Positions 22,812-39,044 of a stretch of DNA of 64,000 nt are shown piece after piece. The notes beneath the pieces were generated by a model. That model saw only the letters and a program-made list of their open reading frames with translations, did not search any database and was not told the DNA's origin. Both the position numbers and the translations under genes were made by a program. This DNA is from Macrostomum lignano. Lineage: Eukaryota. The stretch is from assembly GCA_002269645.1 (NCBI GenBank), contig NIVC01000328.1, forward strand, positions 101,276 to 165,275, written 5' to 3'. Positions within the stretch are counted from its first letter, which is position 1, and each line of letters opens with the position of its first letter.

Positions 22812-24443
22812 TCACAGCTCGTCTTTCGCTCGCGGTCCTTTGCTCCCTTGCTCAGTTCTCAAACTCAATTCAAAATGTTCGAGTCGGCCGCGCAGCCACT
22901 GCTGGAGTCCCGCCATGGCAGCCGCGTGGCCACCGTCGCTGCCGCCCTCGACACTTGCGTCAAGCCGGAATTCGTCCAGGTGGAACACATCTTCTCTGCC
23001 GACCGGTTCGCTTCCACCAAACCGCCGATTAATCGTCATGAGGAAGCATGGACCCCTACCGAGCTCTGGTCCGCCAAGGACACCCGACCAGTCGATCTGC
23101 GGTTCGCCAGCGAGCCTGCGCCACGGGTTGAGGGAAGCCGCCAGCCAATGGGGATTTTCGTGTTGTCGCTGCTTTCGCTGCTGGACGAGGCGCTTCATCA
23201 GTGCCAGCGCAGCGGAAGCTGCTGCTTGACTCTCAGGGTCGGCAAGCAGAATCAGGAGTGGCTTGCCGTGAATCGCTCCGCCAGCCTCATCAGCATTCCA
23301 GTGCTCCGCCTCGGAGGCTGGCAGATAGAGATTCCCGGCACTCAGTGGCATCACGGACTGGCCTGAGCGGAGGTAGCGCAGCACTGCATGCAGACTTCTG
23401 TTGCTGTGGTCTCGGAGTCGAGCTGCAGCGAGAGACCCCGTGACCGGGCTTCGATAGACTAGGGAGCCTGGCACGGTGCCGTAGGCAGTCGCCAACCGCC
23501 TGCCCGAGCCGATGTAAGCCGGCATTTCGACCGCAATTTCCGCCAGCTGGGCAGCCAAGTCTGGATGAAGTCTGTCGGAGCCCTCTGGCAGCAGCAGCAC
23601 GGCCGCCTCTTTGCTTTTGTCCTTCTTGCCGGTCAGCCAGAGCGGTTCCGACAGCATCAGCCGATCCACAAAGTCAAGCAGCAGCTGCACGTTTCTGTAG
23701 CCGAGAAAAGCCGCCCTTCGCTGCTTTGTCCAGCCGACAATGGAATGCAGCATTCCAATGCCAAGCCGAGTTCGAAGCCGGTCGCCAGCTGGTGAGGACG
23801 TGTCGACAAAGCCGACGCTTTCCACATCTCCTGGCCGCGAGTATTTCGGCAGCAGAGCCAGCAAAGACAGGCTGCTTTGAAAATTCGAGCTTTCTTCCTG
23901 GTTGAAGTTGCCGAAGTACACAATTCGAGCTGATCCACCGCGAAGACTGCCGGAAATTTCCGTTGGCTGTCTGTGGGTGAAGTTGGTCAAAATTTCCAGC
24001 TTTCTGGAGAGGTACCGATCCAACTCCAGCATGTCTAGCTGATGGCTTGCGCACCTGGACAGAAGCAATAGATGCATATTTAGACAGAAAAAATATTCGC
24101 TAAATAACAACATTTCTGCAACTCGAACTGTTTTGTTCTGTCTTGAATGAGACGCTCTTTCCGTTTGCTCTCCGGAGATCTCTCTAGAGCTCGCCAAGAG
24201 CTCGCCGCGTCGGGCATAGTTTATTATATATGACACAGAAACAACCCTGAGCTCATAATCGGACAATAGCAACTTGGAAAGGCAAAAAACAGTCAAAACC
24301 CGCTCAATCAACGCTAGATTCTTTTTTGTTAGTTTTTTTGCGCCATTCATATCTTCAAGCGATAATTGCGTAGCTGCACAAGAGTCTGAAAGCTGTCCAT
24401 AAAAAGTTTGTGTCCACTCGAAATGTTGATGCCTTGTCTGCAC
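22812..24443 (-). CDS. ER-luminal protein ending in KDEL, possibly PDI/thioredoxin-like; 5' exon structure unresolved
   Basis: 543-codon ORF ending AKDEL*. The GC-rich part 22812-24054 follows a TTCTGTCCAG acceptor. An upstream segment (24500-24700) reads PCSFCARTARVVEAA and nearby FPTVYF, both thioredoxin-like. Confidence 0.6.
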   Translation of the reverse strand: MQTRHQHFEWTQTFYGQLSDSCAATQLSLEDMNGAKKLTKKNLALIERVLTVFCLSKLLLSDYELRVVSVSYIINYARRGELLASSREISGEQTERASHSRQNKTVRVAEMLLFSEYFFCLNMHLLLLSRCASHQLDMLELDRYLSRKLEILTNFTHRQPTEISGSLRGGSARIVYFGNFNQEESSNFQSSLSLLALLPKYSRPGDVESVGFVDTSSPAGDRLRTRLGIGMLHSIVGWTKQRRAAFLGYRNVQLLLDFVDRLMLSEPLWLTGKKDKSKEAAVLLLPEGSDRLHPDLAAQLAEIAVEMPAYIGSGRRLATAYGTVPGSLVYRSPVTGSLAAARLRDHSNRSLHAVLRYLRSGQSVMPLSAGNLYLPASEAEHWNADEAGGAIHGKPLLILLADPESQAAASAALALMKRLVQQRKQRQHENPHWLAASLNPWRRLAGEPQIDWSGVLGGPELGRGPCFLMTINRRFGGSEPVGREDVFHLDEFRLDASVEGGSDGGHAAAMAGLQQWLRGRLEHFELSLRTEQGSKGPRAKDEL

Positions 24444-25409
24444 TACTTAAAGTACACAGTAGGAAACTGATTTGCTTTGACACGAGGACCATTAGAAGTC
24501 ACCGTTGTTGTATCTGGACGTAGTTACACTCGTAACTAACTTCTAGTGGTCCATGCTTTGACAATTCTGGGAAGCTAAGATCAAGTATTAAGAAAAGCCT
24601 GGCTAACTGTACATGTCTTTGTCCGGGCAGAGCAGCTTCTACGACTCTCGCGGTTCGAGCACAAAAACTGCATGGCCTGGCTTGAAGTTGCAACTCTTGC
24701 CCATTGATGGCCCAACCAGCGAGACACAGACTGTACATACACTACTTAATGATTATGAAAGGTGTCCCAAAAAGTAGCGATACTTTTTCTTGCAGGGTTT
24801 TTAATGCTTGCCTAAAATTCAACAATTTTAAAGTCATTGGAAAGTGGAAAATCTTGTCTTTCATTTGACTACAAACTTTTGTGTACATGTAGATTATTTA
24901 CCAGGTGGTGTTTACTTCTTTAGCCTGTGCAGAATCAAACAGCATATCAAAAAGGATCCCCCAGCAACACTTTTGAGTTTTGTGCATGACCTTGGCAAGG
25001 ACCACTGTACCTATTATATCAGTACGTAAAACTCAAAGATCGTGTAATTTTTAGGAGGCCAATTTGCTTGATAAAAGACCCTGTGGAGATAGGAAAAAAT
25101 TCATTTCTTTCATCACAAAATCAATTATTGGATATGATCTTTTAATTTGATCTTTTAAGGACTTTTAATTTGTATTTTATATAGTTGTGTTGGTCCTTGG
25201 ACCTTGGCAGGGGTGCAAGCTGTTTCTCAGCTCTGAGCAGTTTCTCCAACTCAGAGCAGGAGCATTTACTCGTGAGCAACAGCTCAGTTTATTCATACGG
25301 AAGATTGATGGAGCGATAAATTAGTTATACCTTGTTAAGCCACAGAAAGTGCATTTCTTGCCTCTTTCCCAGTCTCATCCTTTTACCGAGGAACAACAAC
25401 TTATATGAT

Positions 25410-27380
<1,971 letters not shown>

Positions 27381-27387
27381 GCCCTCC

Positions 27388-28862
<1,475 letters not shown>

Positions 28863-28924
28863 CTCTCTATTTCTCTCTCGCTCTCTCTCTGCCTTCGTCT
28901 TGTCTTCCTCTCTTATTTGCTCAT

Positions 28925-29100
28925 TTTTCTCTCTCGCCTAATAAAATGTCGCTCGGGTGGCCAACAACTCAGGCGTGAACTGGCCAGCGATGGCGACGCC
29001 GATGCAGCATGATTGAATTATTTGGGTGGGTCTGCTGCACCCATTTTACCCTCCATCACCCCTCTAAAATCCCATAAACCAATTGGCTAAAGCCGTGGGC
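28925..29100. repeat. About 175-bp dispersed repeat, near-identical to 39045-39222
   Basis: Both read CTCGCCTAATAAAATGTCGCTCGGGTGGCC...AATCCCATAAA..CAATTGG..AGCCGTGGG. Confidence 0.9.
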
Positions 29101-29189
29101 CGAGGGAGAGGGAGGGAGAGAGGGAGAGAGGGAGAGAGGAAGAGAAGGAGACAGAAGACAAGGAGGCCGGGGCTGTTGCCCCCAGGACC

Positions 29190-30560
29190 TCGGATCCTGC
29201 ACGCAATGGCGTGGTGAATTATCTGTGCAGTATGAGACTGGTATGGCCCTTATCCCAGCCAGCGATGCTCACACCTGCCTCCCCTGGCGGGCTGATAGCT
29301 CAAGAGACTCTGTCTCCTGTTTCTCTTGCAAGGCGTACTTCGAAGGGTACTCGTTCCGTGGGTGTTAAGGCAGGCTCTTGGGCCTTGCCGACCTGATTCG
29401 TTGGCGCCGGGTCCTGGTGTGACCATATAAACCCACCCTCTAAGGTCCCAGTGTAACTCCGTCCGGATGGACGTTTGGCCAGGGAGTATTCTGGTCGCTA
29501 ACGGTCCCCCTGGGCTTTTGGGTCCCCCCTCACAGGGTGGTATTTTACTTTTTGGGGACCTACCGCTTGGAAGTCCCACCTTTTTTACTTCCAACCAATG
29601 GCTTCTAGCCGAAGTAACCTACCGACTGTGGATGAAACAGTGCCTCCGGCCTCGGCTGGGGACGTGGACTCCGTGAACATACCATCTGCTACCATCGGGG
29701 ACGCCCCGGCGTGACCCGTGGAGCAAGCTCTGAGCGGTGCCTCCGAGAAGACACCTGCTACTCCAGCTGCCAAGCAGCTGAGCACCACCTCTGGAACTGC
29801 CCGCCGTCGATTTAGCAAGTCGAGGCGGGCCAAGGAGGGCGGAAGCCTAACCGGCGCCAGGGGCCAACGGCCCGCGGCAGCGGAAGCTTCCCAATCTGGG
29901 GCGGTGGCGGAAGAGGGCCTTGAGCCCACTGAAGTCCCTGCCCAGGATAGGGAGGCCGATGCAGCCGGGAGGGTGGACAGCCCACCTGAAGAATGCTCCA
30001 CCGACCCCGGGCCTCCTACGCTGATGCGGCAAAGAGGCAACCGGCGGTTGTCATTCTGGGGAAGGACGCGCGCCTGTCTCCCGACCAGCTGAAGCAGGTG
30101 AGAGGTGCTGTTGATGGCCTCCTGTGGAAGCTAACTCTGAAGGGCACGCCTCTGAACATTCATTCGAATGCGACGAGGGACTCGTGCCTTCTCATTTGGC
30201 CCAGTGATGCTGACTCGGGACGGCGGCTCCTTGAGCTGCTGCCCGAGCAGAGCTGGGACATCAACTTAGCCTTCTGCAGAGAGGACGAGCGCCCCCGGAC
30301 CAAGAGGCATCGAATCTGGGTTCCGGCCAGGAGCTTCGTTACGTCTGCTGACGAGCTCAGGAAAGGACTGCTAGCAGTCAACCGAGAGCTTCCCGCTGGG
30401 GCTGTCGGACGCCTGGATGAGGCCTTTGGAAGCTGCGCATCCGCTCCTACGAGGCCGACCCTCCCCGTGGCGGTGAGCAGGGCGGGCGGGATGCGGAGAA
30501 GGCTGGGGCCGAGGCAGGAGCTTCTGTCTAGGCTGCCAGAAGCCAAAGCAGCAGAGTAGC
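29190..30560 (+). mobile_element. 5' fragment of a second, diverged LOA/R1-like LINE (5'UTR plus frameshifted ORF1, 29718-30559)
   Basis: ORF1 SYADAAKRQPAVVILG..QLKQVRGAVD..LLIWPSD.. is homologous to ORF1 of the 12-16 kb element (TFAAKAK..GVIIQG..QLQKVWSAVD..VLIAPSS); 5'UTR motif also shared. Confidence 0.75.
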
Positions 30561-30990
30561 ACTCATGTATATGAAATCATCATAACGCTAATTATTACAT
30601 AAAGCTTTAGACGCTTTAAAACAGATACAATACGTGAGATTGAAGTTTTTGGCCGACAAAAGAGAGATGAAGATACGCTCGTAGCTACAAAGTCCATGCA
30701 AATCAATGTACATTAGCTACTACTGTTAGTGTACATCCGATTGAAGAGGAGAGCAGTTTATGAGCGCGCACGCGCGCTCATCCCTCGTCCGTCTATCATT
30801 AAACACTCACCCCCTAGACTAAATGTACATTCAATTCCGTCCCCGCGCTAAAAAAGCCTTAGAAGAGAGGGAGGCAGGCGGGCGGGCGTGTTCGTAGATA
30901 AGAGACAGAGAGAGAGAGTGGGGAGAGGCCATTTGCCATTAAGAAGAATTTATCGTATTCTAAGAAACTTCGGTCAACGCTGAAGGCACA

Positions 30991-32115
30991 ATGTCGGCGG
31001 ACCCACTGGCTCCACCAAGCGATGGCAGTCAAATGCTGCTGATGGGCCACCGAGGTGTTGGCACCTGTCAGGAGCAGGAGCTGCATAGGCGGCGCTGCTC
31101 GGAGCTCGGCCTACCGTTGCCGGACAGAATTCGAGAAAACACGCTGCGCTCGATGCTGGCAACTCACGCTGCCGGCGGACACTTTGTTGAGTTCGACGTG
31201 CAGCTGAGCAAAGACCGAGTGCCAATTATTCATCACAATTTCTACACCGACGACGGCAGATTCGTTGGCAACTTGACGCTGGCTGAACTGCAGGCTATCA
31301 ATGAGGAAGACGGCTGTGGACCGGATGAGCACCAGTACTCCACTTTGGAGTCGTTCTTCCGGCTGCTGCCAGATGAGCTGGGATTTGACATTGAGATTAA
31401 GTATCCAAGGCAGTACAAGGTGAGTCTGTATTGAAGTAGTTGGAGCCTATGTCTTAGGCCTTGGGATGCTGCAGGTGTCCAAGCGAAAGTTTGTGCCTCC
31501 AAAAGAGGGATTCATCTGGCAGACCGTAGTTTCTCTAATGGAGTTCTAATAGGCTCTCATGTATCCGACCACCACGAATCCACCTGGTCATACTATCCCA
31601 ATGATTTCCCACAGACAGGCGCCAGCCTTTGTCCGGAATTTCACTGGGATCTAATGGACTACGTATCCACCATAGTAGACTCAGTCCGGTTGCTAAGCAA
31701 TGGCAGTCGCAGGCGAATCTTCTATTCCTGCTTCGTGTCCGACGTCTGTCTGGCCTTGCGTCGCCTGCACCCGGAGTATCCCACGGTGTTCCTGCTGAAC
31801 CACAAGGAGGGCCACAAGTACACTGAAGTGCACGGCCTAAACGGACGCTCAGGACTCAAGTTTGCGGCCTCAGCCAAGCTGCAAGGCGTGGCCATCCGCT
31901 CCGAGGAGCTGCAGCCGCCCAAGGTGGAGTCAATGGAAGACGGCAGAAACGTTACGGAACCCGGTCGAGAGTTTATTATCGATTGCAAACGCCGCAAGCT
32001 GCGTTGTTTAACCTGGGGCCCGGCGAATAACTCGTCGGAGTTCCGCCGACTCCAGCGAGAGTGGGGCGTTGACGGAGTCATTTACGACAGCATTCACGCT
32101 CGGAATGATTTTTGA
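30991..32115 (+). CDS. Glycerophosphodiester phosphodiesterase (GPCPD1/GDE5-like), copy B, exons 30991-31419 and 31615-32115, 309 aa
   Basis: GHRG, ENT, VEFDVQLSKD, IEIKYP and GVDGVIYD motifs; phase-0 intron GTGAGT...TTCCCACAG. Confidence 0.9.
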
Positions 32116-32149
32116 GCCATGGTGGGATGGGGGGAGGTTCGCACTAGAG

Positions 32150-32520
32150 CAGGGGTCAGCAATCTCCGGTCCCTAAAGCCTCTCTATCCGGCCCTCGGGT
32201 CCTTTGAAACTTCACAACAGCAATGATCCGGTCCACTCAAGGTTTCTGTCTCTTTCAGCTCCCTTCTGTCTAATCTCCTGTCTTCTCTTTTCTCTTCTCT
32301 CCTTTCCCTTCTTTTCTCTCCCTTCTTTACTGTCCTCTCTACTCCTCTCTCCACTTCTATTTGATCTCTCCTCTCCTCTCTTCTCCTTTATTCCCTCACT
32401 TCTCTTATCTCCCATTTGTCTTCTCTCTTCTCTATTCCCTCTCCTCTCTCCCCTCTGGCCCTCAGTCATGCGTTAGGTACTCCATGTGGCCCTTGAAGTA
32501 AAAAATTTTGCCGACCCCTG
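32150..32520. mobile_element. hAT (Charlie-like) MITE, best-preserved copy
   Basis: TIRs CAGGGGTCAGCAA / TTGCCGACCCCTG; flanks CACTAGAG / CGCTAGGG (6/8 match, CTAG core). Confidence 0.85.
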
Positions 32521-33888
32521 CGCTAGGGCAAGTAAACTCTTAGCGAACGGCGGAAGCTAAAAGTACACTCACAAATCTTGCAAATTTTAAAGGACAAAAA
32601 CAGTACTGATCACTCATTGGACTACATGCTTATGGAAATAACTTTAGTAAAACTTTATCCTTAAACTCCAATTCCTAGCTTTAAAAAGGTTTTTACAGAG
32701 AAAAACTGCTCCATGCACTTTAGTTAGTTGCCCACGGTCACACCTGTGTGAGTGAAATGTCGGTAATTCGGGATTGATGTTTAGTTATGCTTCTTATCCT
32801 TAAAATTGCTTCAATAATAGATTTAAAATACATTTAAATGTTCTTTACACGCAAAATACGTTCTTAACCAATTGAAGGTTCTTCTGTATACAAAAATGTC
32901 GCAACACCTGTCGAAACTCAGAGACGTGTAAAAACACCTGTCAAAACTCAGAAATACATGTAGAAATAGAAACATCTTCCAAAACTCAGAAATACATAAA
33001 ACTCCGAAACTCAGAATTGCTATGATTTCAAGGCTCATGGGAGAATTAGTGAAATGCTGTGACTCTTGGAGAATAGCTGAGATTACTAACAAGAGCGACT
33101 GTACAAGGTTTATTTTAAAATATCCTTTTTCGTTGCCTATCCAATTTGAGAATTCGAAACAGTAATACGAGTTTCTTGGTGTTAATCCATAATAAACCAT
33201 TCTATCCATTCTAGACCAACACTTGCATATCGCTTGCCAACATATTTTTTTTCGTTTAATTTTTTTCTAAACTCGAAGGTATAAAATGTAGTGTATTCGG
33301 GGAGAATAATCTCGCTCATACCAAAAACGTTTTTACTCTTGGATATTCAACTAGAAGAAGTTAATTAGCATTGCCACCTGTATCAAAATAGATCAATTTC
33401 TTACGAAACTTTGTGATCAATTAAAATTTGCCCTGAGTTCTAAACACGTGAAAACTTGTGCCTAAAAGAATTGGGGAAAAGACGTGCAGTATAAATGTAG
33501 TTACAAATTTGTAAATTGTGAGACAAGCTAGAACTCCTGTTACACGAGAGCGCTCTGTCCTCCTGAAAAATGCGACATCAAGTTTTGTTTTTTGTTGCTT
33601 CGCTCGTTGTTGCGGCTTCAGCAGCTCCCCGGACAACGCCGTTTGCCAGTAAGTATCTACTTTCCTGAAAGCTGTCATTCATTTAGGTACGAGCGTATTA
33701 TACATACTATGAAGTTTGCACCAAAAATCAATCACCGGGTTGCTTAGGTGACGACGAGAAGCTTCCAAGCTTTTAGGCTGTCGCCGTCATGCTGAACTCG
33801 CAAGGCAAAAGCAAAGGCAAAGCGCTCTGCTATGATGCTCCTTGACGAGCTGAAAGCAATTTGGTTTTGACTTAGCTTGACTTGGCTG

Positions 33889-34202
33889 CAGGGGCTGGCA
33901 AACTGTTTTTAACCTCATGGGCCAAATAAGGGATCGAGCTCATGGCTGCGGGTCTGATGAGAGCGGAAAGGAGAGGGAATAGAAAATGAGAGATGAAAGA
34001 ATAGATAGGGGGCCAGAGATGCGATGAGAGAAAAGTTAAAAGATAAGAGAGAAGCGGAGAGGGAAAAAGGGAGAGAGGAGAGACAAGCCTGAAAAAAAGA
34101 GAGAGAGCTGAAAGACACAAACCTTGAGTGGACTGGATTGCTATTGTGAAGTTTTAGAGGACCCGAGGGCCGGACCCACAAGTGTCCGGAGTTTGCCGAC
34201 TC
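33889..34202. mobile_element. hAT MITE copy, paralogous to 20925-21294
   Basis: CAGGGGCTGGCAAACT ... GAGTTTGCCGACTCC. Confidence 0.72.
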
Positions 34203-34869
34203 CATCATTAGCTGTAGGGCGGTCCGAAGACACAGCGAGGAGGTGGGAATTGTGAGGAGGAGGAGGCGTGGGCCAAGTCAGAGAAGGCCGGTGGGCCTTC
34301 TTGGAGCGTGCTCTTTGCTGGGGAAAAAAGAGGCTCGTCTAGTTGCCTGTAAAGCCGAGAAATGTTCCCGGGTTTGTAGATCTCATCCAAGCATGGGTTT
34401 GGCCCGAGGTAGTGCAGCGGATCGTTGTTAAAGACATTGGCGGACGAAATGCTGGACGTCTCTTTGTCTAGACCTCAGAAGGGGCAAAGTTCGCTCCGGA
34501 GGTCTTTCGGAGGAAAAAGTGTCTCGCATGTCTCGACCGTGAGGGTCATGGTGATGGCCCGAATGTCTTTTCAACAGGACATCTCAGAGCCGCCTGGGGG
34601 GTGCTGATAATACGAGTTATCCTTTCAGTAGCGTTCTTGCAACATGGCTCTGCGGCGCAGAAGCTGATCTCGTTCTTAAGGACACTAAAGAGTCTTCAAG
34701 TGTGCTGGGCATGGATTGCAATCGCACGGCCGTTGATCAGGATGCGAACAATAACCCCAACCCGAACGAATTTTCTCTTTTTAAATTAAATTTTTATTGC
34801 CACAACCTGCCGGCAATCGAGTTACGCTATAAATACGTCGCATTCTAGATTCCAAACCTTGGGCTAGTA

Positions 34870-35484
34870 CTGTCCAACCCACTCAACGAGCTCCAGCGAC
34901 CACTGATGCGTCAGTTACTACGACTGTCGAACCTACTCAACGAGCTCTAGCGACGACCGATGCGTCAAATACTACGACTGTCCAACCTACTCAACGAGCT
35001 CCAGAGACCACGGAAGCGTCAAATACTACGACTGTCGGACCTACTCTACGAGCTCCAGAGACCACGGAAGCGTCAAATACTACGATTGTCCAACCTACTC
35101 AACGAGCTCCAGAGACCACGGAAGCGTCAAATACTACGATTGTCGAACATACTCTACGAGCTCCAGAGACCTCTGAAGCCTCAAATACTACGATTGTCGG
35201 ACCTGCTCTACGAGCTCCAGAGACCACGGAAGCGTCAAATACTACGATTGTCGGACCTACTCAACGAGCTCCAGAGACCACGGAAGCGTCAAATACTACG
35301 ATTGTCGAACCTACTCTACGAGCTCCAGAGACCTCTGATGCCTCAAATATTACGATTGTCGAACCTACTCTACGAGCTCCAGAGACCAGCAGTGAAGTGT
35401 CAAATACTACGACTGTCCAACATACTCAACGAGCTCAAGAGACCGCTGAAGCGTCAAATACTACGGCTGAGAGACCAGTTTTAA
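34870..35484 (+). repeat. 54-bp tandem repeat, copy B, about 11 units; open frame 34960-35484 encodes 18-aa units RKRQILRLSNLLNELQRP
   Basis: ORF track plus direct inspection; ends LRDQF like copy A (LPDQF). Confidence 0.9.
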
Positions 35485-35867
35485 GAAGAAACTAACGAAA
35501 AAGACGAAAAGGTCATAATAAATCAGTGGCAGATAACTTATGGAAAAGATATGAATAAGGAACGTTAGATAAAAAATAACGATGGAGCAACTTTGCTGAA
35601 CCAATTAAATAGTTTTATTTTTGCATCTTTATTTTTGGTAAGTCTGTCTGTCTGTCTTTCTCGCACTAATTTAAATTCAAGTTGACTTCTGAGTAGATAC
35701 ACTCGTATTCAGCAGATTGAAGCTAAAAAATCAAAAACCAGGAAAAATTCGAGCCTAGCAAAATTATTGAAGCTACTCGTAATTTTCTTTTGCATTAATA
35801 GTAGCTCTAAAATAAGGTGTAATATCAGCAGCGGTAGCGTGTTTTTTCCATCAATTTGGCAGCTGTT

Positions 35868-36260
35868 TCATCAAAGCTCGTCTTTTGCTCGCTGGTCGGA
35901 CCTCGACCGAGGGCATTCGAAAAGTTGATACCTTGTCTGCACTACTTAAAGTAGACAGTAGAAAACTGTGTAGGACCGAGGACCATTAGAAGTCACCGTT
36001 GTATCTGGACGTAACACTTGTAACTGGCTTCTAGGGGTCCATGCTTTGACAATTCTGGGAGGCTAAGATCAAGTATTAAGAAAAGCCTGGCTAACTGTAC
36101 ATGTCTTTGTCCAGGCAGAGCAGCTTCTACGACTCTCGCGGTTCGAGCACAAAAACTGCATGGCCTGGCTTGAAGTTGCAACTCTTGCCCATTGATGGCC
36201 CAACCAGCGAGACACAGACGGTGCACACAGTGCCTAATGATTATGAAAGGTGTCCCAAAA
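35868..36260 (-). pseudogene. Deleted paralog of the KDEL protein gene
   Basis: Sequence matching copy A 22810-22833 is joined via a 24-nt filler (35893-35916) to sequence matching 24418 onward. Confidence 0.8.
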
Positions 36261-37149
36261 AGTAGCGATACTTTTTCTTGCAGGGTTTTTAATGCTTGCC
36301 TAAAATTCAACAATTTTAAAGTCATTGGAAAGTGGAAAATCTTGTCTTTCATTTGACTACAAACTTTTGTGTACATGTAGATTATTTACCAGGTGGTGTT
36401 TACTTCTTTAGCCTGTGCAGAATCAAACAGCATATCAAAAAGGATCCCCCAGCAACACTTTTGAGTTTTGTGCATGACCTTGGCAAGGACCACTGTACCT
36501 ATTATATCAGTACGTAAAACTCAAAGATCGTGTAATTTTTAGGAGGCCAATTTGCTTGATAAAAGACCCTGTGGAGATAGGAAAAAATTCATTTCTTTCA
36601 TCACAAAATCAATTATTGGATATGATCTTTTAATTTGATCTTTTAAGGACTTTTAATTTGTATTTTATATAGTTGTGTTGGTCCTTGGACCTTGGCAGGG
36701 GTGCAAGCTGTTTCTCAGCTCTGAGCAGTTTCTCCAACTCAGAGCAGGAGCATTACTCCTGGTCTTGATAATCAAATTTAGTTATAAGCTATGTTAGCTA
36801 TGCTAACCCATACAAAGTGCATTTCTCGCCTCTTTCCGAGTCTCATCCATTTCCCGAGGAACAATTAACAACTTCTATGGTAATTTATCGGTTGTAAAAG
36901 GACTGAGAACCATTTCTTAGAATCACAGAATCCACAGAATCTGTGGTCCTTCTAGAGTTGTATTTAACAAATGTAAACTATAAGAAAACAAGAAGTTGAA
37001 CATAGTGAGCAATTGAAGCGTCTTGTAAGCATTCACTCGAAACCGATTTCAACAGTGTTGGTTTTACCATTTTCATTTATTTTAAGCCTTATTTTCTCTG
37101 CACTCACTCACTACGTTGCTTTGTTCCGACTCGGTTTCAAGACGGACTT

Positions 37150-37385
37150 GATGACTGACCACCAGATTGAAGAGCATGCAATACTTCAACATGGTCTTGT
37201 ACGTCAAACTGACTATAGCGCTCAATAGCTGTCGAAGAGTGCCCTGTAACACGAGCGATGTCCTCTCTAGCGAAGCCAGCACGTGTAGAGTACTTGCGCA
37301 AGTCTTGCATAGAGACTGATTAGTGTACCTTTCAGTCACTCCAGTTAGGGGAGCAGTTAATTCACGAACAATACCCTTCAAGCTG
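37150..37385 (-). mobile_element. Degenerate Crypton-like tyrosine recombinase C-terminal fragment
   Basis: With one frameshift reads RYTNQSLCKTCASTLH-RAGFAREDIARVTGHSSTAIERY; homologous to 50393-50719. Confidence 0.72.
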
Positions 37386-38401
37386 TGCCAGCCGACGGGT
37401 GACTACCAGCAGCAGGATTCGTTGCAGCAGATTCTTTTTCCTTTAAAGGCTTCCTTTTCCTTAGCCACACTGGGAAAAGGAGGAGATTCTATACTTCTCA
37501 TTATATGGTTAAAATTCATGAAAAACGTTCTTCAAAACGCCAGCCTGGTTTAAGCGCTTGTTTCATTCAAACAAGCACAAAATGAGCAGTTGAATTCAGT
37601 TTGATAACGCTTCCAACCGATCCAACAGTTCAACAGTTTATTAGGATTAAAGTTAATTGACAGAAAGTTTACAATGATCATATAGCCAGGATTTGAATTG
37701 CAGCTAAAAGTGCATAAATATATAGAAGACCTAAAATCGCTAACAGCCACAATCAGTCTTTGCCACACAGATCGTTAACCCCCAACCCCGCATCTCATTC
37801 CGGATCCCCAGCTCGGGTTTGCGTGCAGCCGGGCACGTCAGTTACCACCGCGTCGCGCGGGAGAAAAAGGTCAATAAAGCACCAAGGGGGACACAGGTGT
37901 GCCTTCTGGTGGGAGACGCAGTTGAGGGTAAAATGAAAATGGATCAAACCCATCTGGAGGAAAGCGTTGCCTTGGCGGATCACGGAATACCCCTGGTGCG
38001 GTCCTGGAGGAAGATCCTGATTACCACCTGCGCAACACCGGTTGTGCTTTACTTTTTTAATATTGACGCTAACACCAGCCAGGGCACGCAGACGAAGATT
38101 GAGGGCTTTGGAAAACCATGGGCCTGCGCTCGTCAAGTTCGGCTTGTTTGCATTTCAATCCGTTGAACTGATCAGAGTTGCACCCATTCTACTTCCGGAT
38201 GTTTCGAATCTCTCGCTTTCGCTTATTTCCCTCACCCTCTCTGTCTCTCTGCATCGCCCATAAAAATCGGCAATTCCCTTGGAGCTCTCCTGCTCCAAGC
38301 TTTCTGGCTTGAACTCTCTCTGGCCTTGCCTCTGACTGTGCCTTTGCCTCTCTGCCTCATTATCTACCTCTCTCCCTATATCCCTCTCTCCCTCTCTCCC
38401 G

Positions 38402-38408
<7 letters not shown>

Positions 38409-38495
<87 letters not shown>

Positions 38496-38935
38496 GTCTG
38501 CCTCTTTTCCTCTCTCCATCTCTCTCTGCCTCTCTGCCTCTCTCCCTCTCTCCCTCTCTCCCTCTCTGCATCTCTCCCTCTCTCCCTCTCTCCCTCTCTG
38601 CCTCTCTCCCTCTCTGCCTCTCTCCCTCTCTGCCTCTCTCCCTCTCTCCCTCTCTCCCTCCCCGCTCTCTCCCTCTCTCCCTCTCTTCCTCTCTCCCTCT
38701 CTCTCCCTCTCTCTCCCTCTCTCCCTCTCTCTCTCTGCCTCTCTCCCTCTCTCCCTCTCTCCCTCCCCGCTCTCTCCCTCTCTCCCTCTCTCTCCCTCTC
38801 TCTCCCTCTCTCCCTCTCTCTCCCCTCTCTCCATCTCTCCCCCTCTCTCTCTTTCTGCCTGTCTGCCTCTTTCCTTCTCTCCCTCCCTCCCTCCCTCCCT
38901 CCCTCCCTCCCTCCCCCCTCTCTCTCTCTCCTTCT
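38409..38935. repeat. CT-rich low-complexity tract
   Basis: Direct inspection. Confidence 0.95.
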
Positions 38936-39044
38936 CTCCTGTAGCAACTCTAGCAAAATAAAAGCATCTTCAATTGCCAGAGCGTTATACTTAAGAAGTA
39001 AAAAACACGCCAGTGAAAAAGTGCAAGCCATCAAGCATGCACTT

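Larger units (their letters stand above)
30565..36881. repeat. Segmental duplication, copy B
   Basis: Colinear with 11895-25410 but lacking the LINE, the 345-bp MITE, the 30-bp expansion and 1.58 kb of the KDEL ORF. Confidence 0.93.

Noticed and set aside
37795-38166. GC-rich stretch with 113-115 aa ORFs on both strands
   Set aside because: No recognisable motif or convincing splice sites; left unannotated.
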